This document shows positions 36,796 through 46,533 of a stretch of DNA of 64,000 nucleotides, one piece after another. The position numbers and the translations under genes are program-made. How positions within the stretch are numbered: the first letter of the stretch is position 1; each line of letters begins with the position of its first letter. The DNA comes from a virus, in IMG/VR virus record IMGVR_UViG_3300021142_002226, positions 64,001-128,000 of that record. One strand, given 5' to 3'. The notes under the pieces are model-generated. The model searched no databases and was not told the origin of the DNA. It worked only from the letters and a program-made list of their open reading frames with translations.

Positions 36796-39700
36796 ATGAG
36801 TGAATATAGTATCCCAATGGAGTCTGTGGAAAAGTTTCTTTCTGGTCATGGTGAAGAGAAATATATTGTAAATATTGAATATGAATCTGACACAAATACA
36901 ATATATAAAATCAAAGATATACCAGAACAAGGGATTGTTATTGAGAAAGAATTCTTAAAATCTTTCATGTGGATTAAAAACCTTAATGAAGTTAAAAAGA
37001 TTTGCAACTTTTATCATAACAACGATCTTACCATTAAACTCAAAATGAAGGAGTATGGCATCCAAATTAAAAAGCTAAGACACGATGACCACCCAAGATT
37101 AGTGAATGGTTACACATATTTAGTTACATGTGAACAAGGACACAAAAGAATGCTATCATTTTTTGCTGATGGTGGTATAAATTTCTACAACAAGTTTGAA
37201 AAGAGAATTAATTTAAAGGAATATTTTACAATATTATCCCCAATTGAACAGTATTTTATCAGTACTGGTAATCGTTTATATAAAGGTATTGAAGATTATA
37301 ATGAGTTGACAAAACTTATTTTTGACTTGGAAACAACAGGCTTGGATCCAAATATAGAAAAAATATTTTTGATTGGTTGTAAAACTAATAAAGGATATGA
37401 AAAATTGATTGAAATCGACATAAACGACCCTGAATCTGAAAAAAATGGGATTATACAATTCTTCAATGAAATCGATGCAATAAAACCAACTATCATTGGT
37501 GGTTACAATAGTGCAAACTTTGACTGGTATTTCATATTCAAAAGATGTCAAATTCTTGGTATTGATATTGAAAATATCGCAAAGACTCTGAAAAAAGATA
37601 AACAAATATACGTTACTGAACAAATACTAAAACTTGGTAACGAGGTTGAAAGATATATCCAAACAAATATGTTCGGATATAGTATTATCGATATTAACCA
37701 CTCAACCAGAAGAGCACAAGCTATTGATTCTGATATGAAATTTACCAGATTGAAATATGTTTGTAAATATAATGATGTTGCTAAATCAAATCGTGTATAC
37801 ATCGTTGGTGAAAATATTGGAAAATATTGGAAAAGCGACAAGAAATATTATTTTGATGATAAAAGTGGTTCATATTCTGAAATTAAACCAAAAGTTGAGT
37901 ATATGGATTTTATCACGAGACAGATTGTTAAAGATAATCCAGACAAAATATTTATTTTCGGTGATAATGATCTAAGAGAAGGTTTTGGTGGTCAGGCCAA
38001 AGAAATGAGAAACGAAAAAAACTCTATTGGTATTGTCACAAAAAAAGCGCCAGGTACAACTGATGATTGTTATTATAATGATGATGAGTTTGAATTAAAT
38101 AAAAAGAAAATAAATCTCGACCTAAAAATTATAATTAACGAAATAAAGAAAGGTAAATGTATTGTTATACCTTCTTCTGGTATTGGTACAGGTTTAGCTA
38201 AATTACAGGAAAAAGCTCCAAAAACCTTCAAATTTTTACAAAATTCTTTAAACTTATTAAAGGTTTATTGTGATAGTTTTGTAGAATGTGATGGTAAATA
38301 TATTGTTAACAGATACTTGATGGATGACCTTTGGGAAACACTCGAAGTTGATAATATTTACAATCAATCATCATTTATGTTGGCTAAATTAATACCAACA
38401 AGTTATCAAAGAGTATCTACAATGGGTACTGCTGGACTATGGAAAATGTTGATGTTAACATGGTCTTATGAAAATGATTTAGCAATTCCAATAAATGATG
38501 AAAAACGAGATTTCGTTGGTGGATTATCAAGACTGTTTAAAGTTGGTTTTTCTAAGAAATTAAGAAAGATGGACTATTCATCTCTTTATCCTTCTATACA
38601 GCTTGCACATGAGGTGTTCCCATCTTGTGATATAACACATGTAATGAAATCTTTACTTAAATATTTTCACTCTGAACGTTTTAAAGCAAAGAATCTCGCT
38701 AAGAAATACGGTAAAGCTGGTGATAAACAAATGAAAAGTTTTTATGACCGTAAACAATTACCTCTGAAAATATTCATCAACTCAATGTTCGGTGCCCTTG
38801 GAGCACCAACAGCATTTAACTGGGCTGAAATGGATGTTGCTGAAGGTATTACTGCGAGAGCAAGACAATACTTAAGGATAATGGTTAAATTTTTTATGGC
38901 TAAAGGTTATGAACCATTAGTACTTGATACGGATGGTGTTAACTTTATGGCACCAGAATCTGGAGAGGAAAATTTTAGATACATTGGTCTGGGTAATAAT
39001 GAAGCTGTAATTAAAGATAAAGAATACACAGGAGTTGATGCAGTGATTGCTGAATTTAATGATTTATTCATGAAAGGTGAAATGGCATTAAGTTTGGATG
39101 GTACATGGCCGTCAACCATAAATCTTGCTCGTAAAAACTATGCCTTACTTGAAGATAGTGGTAAAGTAAAATTGACTGGTAATAGTATCAAATCTAAAAA
39201 AATGCCAGCCTATATTGAAGAATTTTTGGATAAAGCCTTGGTTTTACTATTAAATGAAAAAGGTTCTGAATTTGTTAACTACTACAATACCTACGTTCAA
39301 AAAATATATAATAAAGAAATTCCACTTTCAAAAATTGCAACAAAAGCAAGAGTTAAAAAAACTTTAGAAGATTATAAAAATCGTGGGCTTAACAAGAACG
39401 GTAAACCATTACCAAAGCAAGCTCATATGGAATTAGCCATAATCAATAAATTAAATATTAATCTTGGAGATACTTTATATTACGTTAATAATGGTACAAA
39501 ATTAACTCAAGGCGATATTCAAACAGTAAAAGTTACAAAAAAAGGTTGGTCAGAAAAAGATATAGAAGATCATATAACTCATTATGGTAAATCACCAGTG
39601 GGTCTAACATCGATAAATAAATTAAATTGTTATATGTTAGATAGCAAAGAATTGGAAGATAAACCAGATATGTTAGGTGAGTACAATGTAGCAAAATATT

Positions 39701-40002
39701 TGGATGCTTTCAACAAGAGAATCAAACCGCTTTTAGTTGTCTTTAGTGAAGATATTAGAGCTGGTTTACTATTAAAAAACCCTTCAGATAAAAAGGATTA
39801 TTTAAAAAATGAGTTGAAGCTAATCAATGGTATACCATATAAAGAGGCTGACCAAGATACTATACAAGATTTATTTACACCATCGGAACTTGAAAATGTT
39901 TACTGGAAAAAAATGAATTATAATCCAAATTTCTGGTTTAATGATAAAATAAACTTTACTGTTCCAGGGTTAGATAGGGTGGTTGAGATAGAAAATATAT
40001 AA
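36796..40002 (+). CDS. polB: Family B DNA polymerase with a macrodomain-like insertion in the exonuclease domain
   Basis: ExoI FDLETTG, ExoII GYNSANFD, ExoIII YLMDD; polymerase motifs MDYSSLYPSI, K..INSMFG, LDTDG. Extra domain of about 120 aa at roughly 37903-38270. Confidence 0.95.
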   Translation: MSEYSIPMESVEKFLSGHGEEKYIVNIEYESDTNTIYKIKDIPEQGIVIEKEFLKSFMWIKNLNEVKKICNFYHNNDLTIKLKMKEYGIQIKKLRHDDHPRLVNGYTYLVTCEQGHKRMLSFFADGGINFYNKFEKRINLKEYFTILSPIEQYFISTGNRLYKGIEDYNELTKLIFDLETTGLDPNIEKIFLIGCKTNKGYEKLIEIDINDPESEKNGIIQFFNEIDAIKPTIIGGYNSANFDWYFIFKRCQILGIDIENIAKTLKKDKQIYVTEQILKLGNEVERYIQTNMFGYSIIDINHSTRRAQAIDSDMKFTRLKYVCKYNDVAKSNRVYIVGENIGKYWKSDKKYYFDDKSGSYSEIKPKVEYMDFITRQIVKDNPDKIFIFGDNDLREGFGGQAKEMRNEKNSIGIVTKKAPGTTDDCYYNDDEFELNKKKINLDLKIIINEIKKGKCIVIPSSGIGTGLAKLQEKAPKTFKFLQNSLNLLKVYCDSFVECDGKYIVNRYLMDDLWETLEVDNIYNQSSFMLAKLIPTSYQRVSTMGTAGLWKMLMLTWSYENDLAIPINDEKRDFVGGLSRLFKVGFSKKLRKMDYSSLYPSIQLAHEVFPSCDITHVMKSLLKYFHSERFKAKNLAKKYGKAGDKQMKSFYDRKQLPLKIFINSMFGALGAPTAFNWAEMDVAEGITARARQYLRIMVKFFMAKGYEPLVLDTDGVNFMAPESGEENFRYIGLGNNEAVIKDKEYTGVDAVIAEFNDLFMKGEMALSLDGTWPSTINLARKNYALLEDSGKVKLTGNSIKSKKMPAYIEEFLDKALVLLLNEKGSEFVNYYNTYVQKIYNKEIPLSKIATKARVKKTLEDYKNRGLNKNGKPLPKQAHMELAIINKLNINLGDTLYYVNNGTKLTQGDIQTVKVTKKGWSEKDIEDHITHYGKSPVGLTSINKLNCYMLDSKELEDKPDMLGEYNVAKYLDAFNKRIKPLLVVFSEDIRAGLLLKNPSDKKDYLKNELKLINGIPYKEADQDTIQDLFTPSELENVYWKKMNYNPNFWFNDKINFTVPGLDRVVEIENI

Positions 40003-40044
40003 TTTTTACCTTTTCTTTGATATTTATAATAAATATATTTATAA

Positions 40045-40593
40045 ATGCAAAAAAAGGTTTTAAAAGAGTTTATAGATGGCGATGGTAATATTCCAGACTC
40101 TAAAATACCGCCAGGACTTAATGCTAAATCAACCTCGCATATAACATCTGACAAGATGATGAGGATGGTTGCACAGCCATTTGTGTTCGTTAACTACAGA
40201 CGTTATTATGGTGAATCTGAACTCCCATATAATGAGGAGGCTGATAAACACGCTAAAGATCCTAAAAAATTCTACGAGTTTTTGAAAACTAAAGGTGCTG
40301 AAGCTACCTTTGAAGAATATTTTACTAAAGACGAAAAATCCCTTCAAGAAACTTTAAAAGACATTAGAAAACAAAAAGCTATTGATCTTATCGAAGACAT
40401 ATTAACAAAAAGACAAATATATAATGATGTTTTTGCTAAACAAGCTGAAAACACAAAAAGTATCGATGAAATCAAAAATGATAATAAACTAATTTTTGGT
40501 CAACTTGACAAAATATTAGAATTTATTAAATATAATATGGATACAGGTGAAAAACATTTGATTTTATCTCATATTATGGAAAATCTAAAATAA
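40045..40593 (+). CDS. Hypothetical protein
   Basis: 182 aa ORF with TATTTATA at 40021 and 40036 immediately upstream. Confidence 0.7.
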   Translation: MQKKVLKEFIDGDGNIPDSKIPPGLNAKSTSHITSDKMMRMVAQPFVFVNYRRYYGESELPYNEEADKHAKDPKKFYEFLKTKGAEATFEEYFTKDEKSLQETLKDIRKQKAIDLIEDILTKRQIYNDVFAKQAENTKSIDEIKNDNKLIFGQLDKILEFIKYNMDTGEKHLILSHIMENLK

Positions 40594-41069
40594 TGGCAAA
40601 TTCTCAGTTAAGAGGTATGGTTTTCAACATACCTGAAAAAATATACTTAGAATTGACTGGAATATACAACAAATATCCAGACAGAAAAGATACGTCTGGT
40701 TACAAAAGATTACAATTTTTGTTGAAAAATCGTTCCTGTACTTATGAACAAATGAAAAGGATTAAAAACTTTTTTGACCATTTCATTCCTGACCAAAATA
40801 ACAGTGTTGAATACGAATTAAATGGTGGCCAGAATTTTAGGAATTGGGTTGAAAGAACCTTAGCAGATGCAAGAGGTGAAATTAAGGATAGGAAAACTCA
40901 CCATACCAATGCTGGATTAACAAATCAATTCAGACAACATTCAGACAACAATAAATTAATAAATGCTATAAAACCTCCACAAGTTAGAGCTTATCCAGAT
41001 ATAATGACTAATAGCGCATTGATGGAGCAAATTAATAAAATAAAAAAAATAATATATTTAATTGATTAA
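40593..41069 (+). CDS. Hypothetical protein
   Basis: 158 aa ORF, translationally coupled to the previous gene (TAATG overlap). Confidence 0.7.
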   Translation: MANSQLRGMVFNIPEKIYLELTGIYNKYPDRKDTSGYKRLQFLLKNRSCTYEQMKRIKNFFDHFIPDQNNSVEYELNGGQNFRNWVERTLADARGEIKDRKTHHTNAGLTNQFRQHSDNNKLINAIKPPQVRAYPDIMTNSALMEQINKIKKIIYLID

Positions 41070-41071
41070 TT

Positions 41072-41299
41072 ATGGATAATAGAACACCAGCGTCAACTCA
41101 ACTTAGAGATACCGCTAAAATTCAAGAAAACACACTTGAAGCTGTAAATAAATTCAAGCCAAACTCAAATGAGTATGGTGCAACAAATAATGAGGTAATT
41201 AGTGAAGGTAACGGTACACCAATTGATATTCAACAAAGAAACACCCTCGAAGCTATCAATTATTACGGTGCAAACAACGAATATAAAACCCCAGAATAA
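41072..41299 (+). CDS. Hypothetical protein with internal NTLEAxN repeat
   Basis: 75 aa. QENTLEAVN...NEYG and QRNTLEAIN...NEY. Confidence 0.65.
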   Translation: MDNRTPASTQLRDTAKIQENTLEAVNKFKPNSNEYGATNNEVISEGNGTPIDIQQRNTLEAINYYGANNEYKTPE

Positions 41300-41336
41300 C
41301 TTTACAAATTAATAAAAACTATTAATATTATAGATA

Positions 41337-42056
41337 ATGAATAATACAATACCAACTGATAAAGAGGCTTTATTACAATTTGCCATAGAACGTGGTATTG
41401 AAATTGTGTTTTTTTATAAAGGTGTTGATTTTGCTCAAAGGCAGAAAAGAAACGCTGACCGAAAAGAACAAGGTTTACGATATGTGCAACCCACACAATT
41501 GTTTATTCATAAAAATAGTAAAAATATGTTATTATCTGCTTTTCAGTGGGGTGGTATTACAAATACAGATACAAAAGCTGTTGGTAGTACAACCAAAGGT
41601 GGTAAACCACACTGGAAAAGTTTCAGACTTGACGAAATGAGTAATGTTCAGTTGAGATATAAAGGTAATAATGAATTTGATTATTTTGATGTTCCAAGTA
41701 AAAAGGGTGCTACTGGAAATAATGTGTCAAGTGGTTTTCCTGTTGGAAATTATACTGGACAAAGTAATATAAATGCGCTTGGCGGTAAAGCTTTAGTTTA
41801 TTTTGATTTAAATAAAGCTAAGGTATTAAGACAACAAGACAAATCATTAGAGGAACCAAAAGAACCACAAGAACCTAATTTACAGAAGGAACCTGAAAAA
41901 CCTAATCAACCAAAGAAACAAGGTTTATATACACCAGATGAAATTAAAAAGGTTCAAAAAATAAAACAAAACCTTGATAGCTATGAGCCTATAGAGGAAA
42001 GCTATAGCTCAGGGTTCTTTAAATGGGTACAAAATTTGTATGGAAAGACAAGATAA
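41337..42056 (+). CDS. WYL-like domain protein
   Basis: 'IVFFYKG...RYVQPTQL...MLLSAFQ...WKSFRLDEM' matches the WYL signature (R.VEP..L...YL.A...R.FRLDRI). Confidence 0.65.
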   Translation: MNNTIPTDKEALLQFAIERGIEIVFFYKGVDFAQRQKRNADRKEQGLRYVQPTQLFIHKNSKNMLLSAFQWGGITNTDTKAVGSTTKGGKPHWKSFRLDEMSNVQLRYKGNNEFDYFDVPSKKGATGNNVSSGFPVGNYTGQSNINALGGKALVYFDLNKAKVLRQQDKSLEEPKEPQEPNLQKEPEKPNQPKKQGLYTPDEIKKVQKIKQNLDSYEPIEESYSSGFFKWVQNLYGKTR

Positions 42057-42723
42057 AATAGATTTTATTGCTCAAAGTATAGCAAAAGCAAAAAAAGTTA
42101 TGGAAAAAACTGAAACCATCTCACCAACAGGTAATAAATCTATTGGTGGTGGTAGACAAGTATATACTGAAGAACAGTATGATAATATGGATGTTGATAA
42201 TACACAATATCTTACTGAAGATCAAGTTAGACGTATGGGTGCACCAGCTCCTAAACAACAAAGATATGATTTGTATGAAGATAACGAAAGAGAAATACCA
42301 ATGATACCTCAACAATCATCTCAACAAAACGCACAATATAGACCTTATAAAAATTTAAATAGCACAAGCATGCCAAAAGAAATAGTAGAGTCTTTTCTCA
42401 AGAAACCAATGATTGATCCGACTCAACCACTTGGTATGGAAACAATTTTTGAAAAGGTTCATCAAAAAGAACAATCTGCTCGACCAGCACCATCATATGA
42501 ACAAAAACCAAAAGCTAAACCACAACCAGTATATGAAGAAAGAACAACACAATCTGGGGGCGGTATGGATATGCAATTACTTGAGTTTGTAATTAAAAAA
42601 ACTGTTGAAGAAACATTGAAACAAGTGAGTGAGCAAACCAATATCAATGAAAATATTCAAATTAAAATCGGAGAAAAAACCTTTGGTGGTACAATAAAAA
42701 GTTTAAAAACAATAAAAAAATAA
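42040..42723 (+). CDS. Hypothetical protein, Q/P/E-rich
   Basis: 227 aa ORF in the operon. Confidence 0.7.
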   Translation: MERQDKIDFIAQSIAKAKKVMEKTETISPTGNKSIGGGRQVYTEEQYDNMDVDNTQYLTEDQVRRMGAPAPKQQRYDLYEDNEREIPMIPQQSSQQNAQYRPYKNLNSTSMPKEIVESFLKKPMIDPTQPLGMETIFEKVHQKEQSARPAPSYEQKPKAKPQPVYEERTTQSGGGMDMQLLEFVIKKTVEETLKQVSEQTNINENIQIKIGEKTFGGTIKSLKTIKK

Positions 42724-42724
42724 T

Positions 42725-42913
42725 ATGAGTAAGACTATCACTTTTTGCAAAGCAAAATGTTGCCCAGTTGTTGAAATTTATGAAAATGAAATTAAACTTG
42801 GTGACGAAAAAGGCCCTGAAGGCGTAACAACCTGGTCAAAAAAACAATTTAAAGATTTTATCGATGCCGCCAAAGAAGGAAAATTCGATGAAGCTGTAAA
42901 AGATGTAAATTAA
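42725..42913 (+). CDS. Small protein, DUF397-like
   Basis: CCPVVEI...IKLGDEKGPEGVTTWSKKQFKDFIDAAKEGKFD resembles the DUF397 consensus CVEVA...VRDSKDP.GP.L.F...W..F...VK.GEFD. Confidence 0.5.
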   Translation: MSKTITFCKAKCCPVVEIYENEIKLGDEKGPEGVTTWSKKQFKDFIDAAKEGKFDEAVKDVN

Positions 42914-42914
42914 T

Positions 42915-42944
42915 AAAAAGGAGCCTTTAAAGCTCCTTTTTTTT
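42915..42944 (+). terminator. Rho-independent terminator (possibly bidirectional)
   Basis: aaaaaggagc, a 7-nt loop, then gctcctttttttt, directly after the stop at 42913. Confidence 0.8.
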
Positions 42945-42996
42945 ATACAAAACTTGTTTTTTACGTATTTTTTTATTACTATTATTAAAAGTAATT

Positions 42997-44223
42997 ATGA
43001 GTACGTATAAAATATTAGTTGCCCCTGGCGATAATGCTGGATCTGGTAAATATAGATGTGTAGACCCACATATTAAATTACAAGAATTATTTCCGAATGA
43101 TTTTTTCGTAGAAATAAATAACGCTGTTGATTTCAGTGATTTCACATATTTGAAACAATTTAGCGCTGTGTTTATACACAGGGTTCCCCAACACAATTAT
43201 AAAGATGCTATCAACATCATTACCAATTTAAAAAAACTTGGCATAAAAGTTATTATTGATATTGATGACTATTGGCATCTTGACCCTTCTCACGGTTTGT
43301 ATGAACAAGTGAAAAGAGAGGGTATTCCACAAATATCTATAAACTGTTTAAAATTAGCTGATTTGGTTGTTGTACCAACAAGTATATTAGCTAACGAAGT
43401 TAAACAATTCAACCAGAATGTTGTTGTCTTAGCCAATGCTTTAGATCCAACAGAGGAACAATTCAAAAGTAAACCATCAGAAAGTGAGAAATTAAGAATT
43501 GGTTGGTTAGGTGGTAGCTCACATATCAAGGATTTAGAATTAATAAAAGGTATATCATCAATTGGTGAATACAATAATAAATCACAAATTGTTTTATGTG
43601 GTTTTGATACAAGAGGTAGCGTAAGGCAAATCGACCCTCAAACAGGTCAAGTACAAGAAAGACAAATGAATCCAACAGAAACTGTTTGGTTCATGTACGA
43701 GTTATTCATGACAGATAATTATCGTATGTTAGAGTCATATCCTGATTATGTAAAATTCCTTGTACAATTTAAAGAGGATAAATCTTTTGATGATTCCAAT
43801 ATGCCTTATAGAAGAGTTTGGACTAAATCCATCAACCAATATGCTAAGAACTATAATCTTTTTGATGTATCATTAGCTCCACTTGTAGATAATAAATTCA
43901 ACTTATATAAATCTCAACTTAAAGTTATTGAAGCTGGATTCCATAAGAAAGCAATTATTGCTCAAAATTACGGCCCTTATACTATCGATTTAGTAAGTGC
44001 AATAAAATCAGGTGGTGAAATAGACCCTAATGGTAATTGTTTACTTGTTGACCCATCTAAAAATCATAAACAGTGGCAAAAATATGTTAAGAAGTTAATC
44101 GATAACCCACAAATGGTTAAAGATCTTGGTGAAAAATTATATGAAACCGTAAAAGATAAATACAACCTTAATAATGTTACTAAAACAAGAGGTGAAATAT
44201 ATTTAAATTTATTAAATAAATAA
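42997..44223 (+). CDS. Glycosyltransferase, GT-B fold (GT4-like)
   Basis: IIDIDDYW, RIGWLGGSSH..DL, FDVSLAPL..NKFN..KSQLKVIEAG. Confidence 0.85.
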   Translation: MSTYKILVAPGDNAGSGKYRCVDPHIKLQELFPNDFFVEINNAVDFSDFTYLKQFSAVFIHRVPQHNYKDAINIITNLKKLGIKVIIDIDDYWHLDPSHGLYEQVKREGIPQISINCLKLADLVVVPTSILANEVKQFNQNVVVLANALDPTEEQFKSKPSESEKLRIGWLGGSSHIKDLELIKGISSIGEYNNKSQIVLCGFDTRGSVRQIDPQTGQVQERQMNPTETVWFMYELFMTDNYRMLESYPDYVKFLVQFKEDKSFDDSNMPYRRVWTKSINQYAKNYNLFDVSLAPLVDNKFNLYKSQLKVIEAGFHKKAIIAQNYGPYTIDLVSAIKSGGEIDPNGNCLLVDPSKNHKQWQKYVKKLIDNPQMVKDLGEKLYETVKDKYNLNNVTKTRGEIYLNLLNK

Positions 44224-44224
44224 T

Positions 44225-44818
44225 ATGAAAAGGAAGAACGATAAAAAAACATTTTTAGCAATAGCTAACAAATATAATGTATGCTCAAAAGATTTATTGG
44301 ATTTTTTGGAATTAAATGGTTTATTTGAATGCCCAGCATCAACAACCACATCTATGCATTATGCATATGAAGGTGGTCTTGTTGATCATATAATAGAAAC
44401 AACAAAAATTGCTTTAAACCTTTTAAATGGTATACCAGAACCTTTAAGACCATCTAAAGAAAGCGTTGTAAAAGTTTGTTTTTTACATGATTTAGGTAAA
44501 TTAAATTTATACACACCAAACAAGAGTGAATGGCACAAAAAGAATCTTGGTAAAATGTATGAATTTAACGAAGATCTTGTATCTATGACAAATGGTGAAA
44601 GATCTTTATGGTATATCTATAATTGTGGAAATAACGATAAACTAACACAGGAAGAACATCAAGCAATACTTAGTTTTGATAAAAATGATAATTCAGATTT
44701 GATGGTTAAATGGCACTCTGAATCACTTTCAAGATTATTGAGACACTCTCTTGAATGGGCTATTATGCTTGAAAAAAAAGAATATAAAGATTCAACCAAA
44801 CCTAATACAAATGAGTAA
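44225..44818 (+). CDS. HD-domain phosphohydrolase (YhaM-like)
   Basis: PAS...HYAYEGGLVDH...FLHDLGK...HG/NGERS motifs. Confidence 0.8.
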   Translation: MKRKNDKKTFLAIANKYNVCSKDLLDFLELNGLFECPASTTTSMHYAYEGGLVDHIIETTKIALNLLNGIPEPLRPSKESVVKVCFLHDLGKLNLYTPNKSEWHKKNLGKMYEFNEDLVSMTNGERSLWYIYNCGNNDKLTQEEHQAILSFDKNDNSDLMVKWHSESLSRLLRHSLEWAIMLEKKEYKDSTKPNTNE

Positions 44819-45038
44819 TTTTTTAAACGCTTTAATTGAAAAAAGACCAGAATTAGAATTGAAAGTCAAAGAGTTCGAGCACCCATTGGATAAACAAAAT
44901 AAATACTTTTCTTTGTATATTAATGGTATCGATTCAAGATTTATATTACCTGAAACTGAACTTAATATTGAAGATCCTCAAGAAATTAATGAATTAGTTA
45001 ACATAACTTTAATGTATATAAATAAAAATGGAAAATAA
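44811..45038 (+). CDS. Hypothetical protein
   Basis: The track ORF starts at 44751; the in-frame ATG at 44811 (MSNFLNALIEK...) minimises overlap with the HD gene. Confidence 0.55.
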   Translation: MSNFLNALIEKRPELELKVKEFEHPLDKQNKYFSLYINGIDSRFILPETELNIEDPQEINELVNITLMYINKNGK

Positions 45039-45582
45039 TTTAGATGAATTTAATATCTTAGATCAAGATATCAAAAAAATACTTGAAAACGCAAATAATT
45101 TAGTCAAAGACTGGGTTTATGTTGACAATGTAATGAAACTTAAGATTAGATTTGTAAATCAGTCAACAAATCAGGATCCAGCTTACGCTAAACAAGGTGA
45201 TAGTGGTTTTGATTTGAGAGCATTCTTAAAAGAGGATGCTGTTTTGAAGCCATTTCAAAGAGCTTTAGTGCCAACTGGTTTGTATTTTCAAATCCCAGAA
45301 AACTTTGAGTTACAAGTTAGACCAAGAAGTGGTTTAGCTTTGAAAAATGGTATTACTGTATTAAATACTCCAGGTACAGTTGACTCTGGATATCGTGGTG
45401 AAATTTGTGTAATACTAATTAATCTTGGTTCTGAAGATTTCATAATCAAAAACGGTGATAGAATTGCTCAAGCTGTTATTGCCCCAGTTCAAACAAATAA
45501 TAACCTCGTATTTATGAAGTCTTCTTCGTTAGAATCAAGCGAAAGAGGTGATACAGGATTCGGAAGTAGCGGTGTCAAATAA
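45028..45582 (+). CDS. dut: dUTP diphosphatase (trimeric dUTPase)
   Basis: All five motifs: SGFDL, VRPRSGLA, GTVDSGYRGE, GDRIAQAVI, RGDTGFGSSG. Confidence 0.95.
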   Translation: MENNLDEFNILDQDIKKILENANNLVKDWVYVDNVMKLKIRFVNQSTNQDPAYAKQGDSGFDLRAFLKEDAVLKPFQRALVPTGLYFQIPENFELQVRPRSGLALKNGITVLNTPGTVDSGYRGEICVILINLGSEDFIIKNGDRIAQAVIAPVQTNNNLVFMKSSSLESSERGDTGFGSSGVK

Positions 45583-45878
45583 TGGAATGTTTTAACCAAC
45601 AAATAAGAGCGTATAAAGCCGTAACTGCTGATATATACGACCAAATAATGTATAAAAGAGTATGGTCTGGAGATATGATTCAAGTTGGGGATAAAGTACT
45701 TTATGCATTTGTATTTGACCCAACAGACGATGCTCTGAAATTAATATCTGTGTTAGATAGAGAGTTGGGTTTGATTCAAAACACCTTTGATTTTGTTGCT
45801 TTCAAAAATAAAATAATACCAGTTTTAAAATTTAAAACGGATGCAAAGAATAGGCAATATACAGAGCAAGAAGATTAG
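45582..45878 (+). CDS. Hypothetical protein
   Basis: 98 aa ORF coupled to dut (TAATG overlap). Confidence 0.6.
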   Translation: MECFNQQIRAYKAVTADIYDQIMYKRVWSGDMIQVGDKVLYAFVFDPTDDALKLISVLDRELGLIQNTFDFVAFKNKIIPVLKFKTDAKNRQYTEQED

Positions 45879-46533
45879 TGTTGTTTTTTCTACCAGAGCT
45901 TTGGATGAAGAATATATTGATCATATAAAAATGACATCTGGCCTTGGGAATAAAATTGAGATTTTACCCTTTGTGAATAATGGTGAAAAATCGTTAACAC
46001 AAATATATAACGAAGGTTTAGAAAAAGCAAAAAATGATATTGTTGTTTTTTGTCATGATGATTTAATATTTCATACAGAAAATTGGGGAATGGCAATAGG
46101 TGACCATTTTACAAGGAATCCTGGATTCGGTATAATCGGTATAGCTGGAACTAATAAGTTAGTCAATGGAAGATGGTGGGAAATAAAAGAGAACATGCAT
46201 GGTATTGTTAATCACTCAGATGGTAAAAAAATTTGGGTTAGCGAATATTCTAAACCACAAGGAATTACCCTCAAAAAAATGATCACAATTGATGGTTTAT
46301 TTTTTGCTGTACATAAAAATAGAATTAGATGTACTTTTGATGAAAATGTTAAGGGTTTCCATTTCTACGAATTAACATTTTGTATGGACAATCATATTAA
46401 TGGTGTTAAGATAGGATTATGTACAAATATACGTGTTACACACCTTTCAATTGGCGAAACTAACGACCTTTGGGAAGAAAATAAATTAGTATTTGAAGAA
46501 AAATATGGGCATTTATTACCCTTAGAAGTATGA
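45841..46533 (+). CDS. Glycosyltransferase, GT-A fold (GT2-like)
   Basis: SLTQIYNEGL...DIVVFCHDD...GIIGIAG...TIDGLF...FDE...GFHFY. Confidence 0.8.
   Translation: MQRIGNIQSKKISVVFSTRALDEEYIDHIKMTSGLGNKIEILPFVNNGEKSLTQIYNEGLEKAKNDIVVFCHDDLIFHTENWGMAIGDHFTRNPGFGIIGIAGTNKLVNGRWWEIKENMHGIVNHSDGKKIWVSEYSKPQGITLKKMITIDGLFFAVHKNRIRCTFDENVKGFHFYELTFCMDNHINGVKIGLCTNIRVTHLSIGETNDLWEENKLVFEEKYGHLLPLEV

Noticed and set aside
37903-38270. Polymerase insertion as an intein or intron
   Set aside because: No Cys/Ser start, no His-Asn end, no Hint or endonuclease motifs, and the frame is continuous; it is treated as a fused domain.
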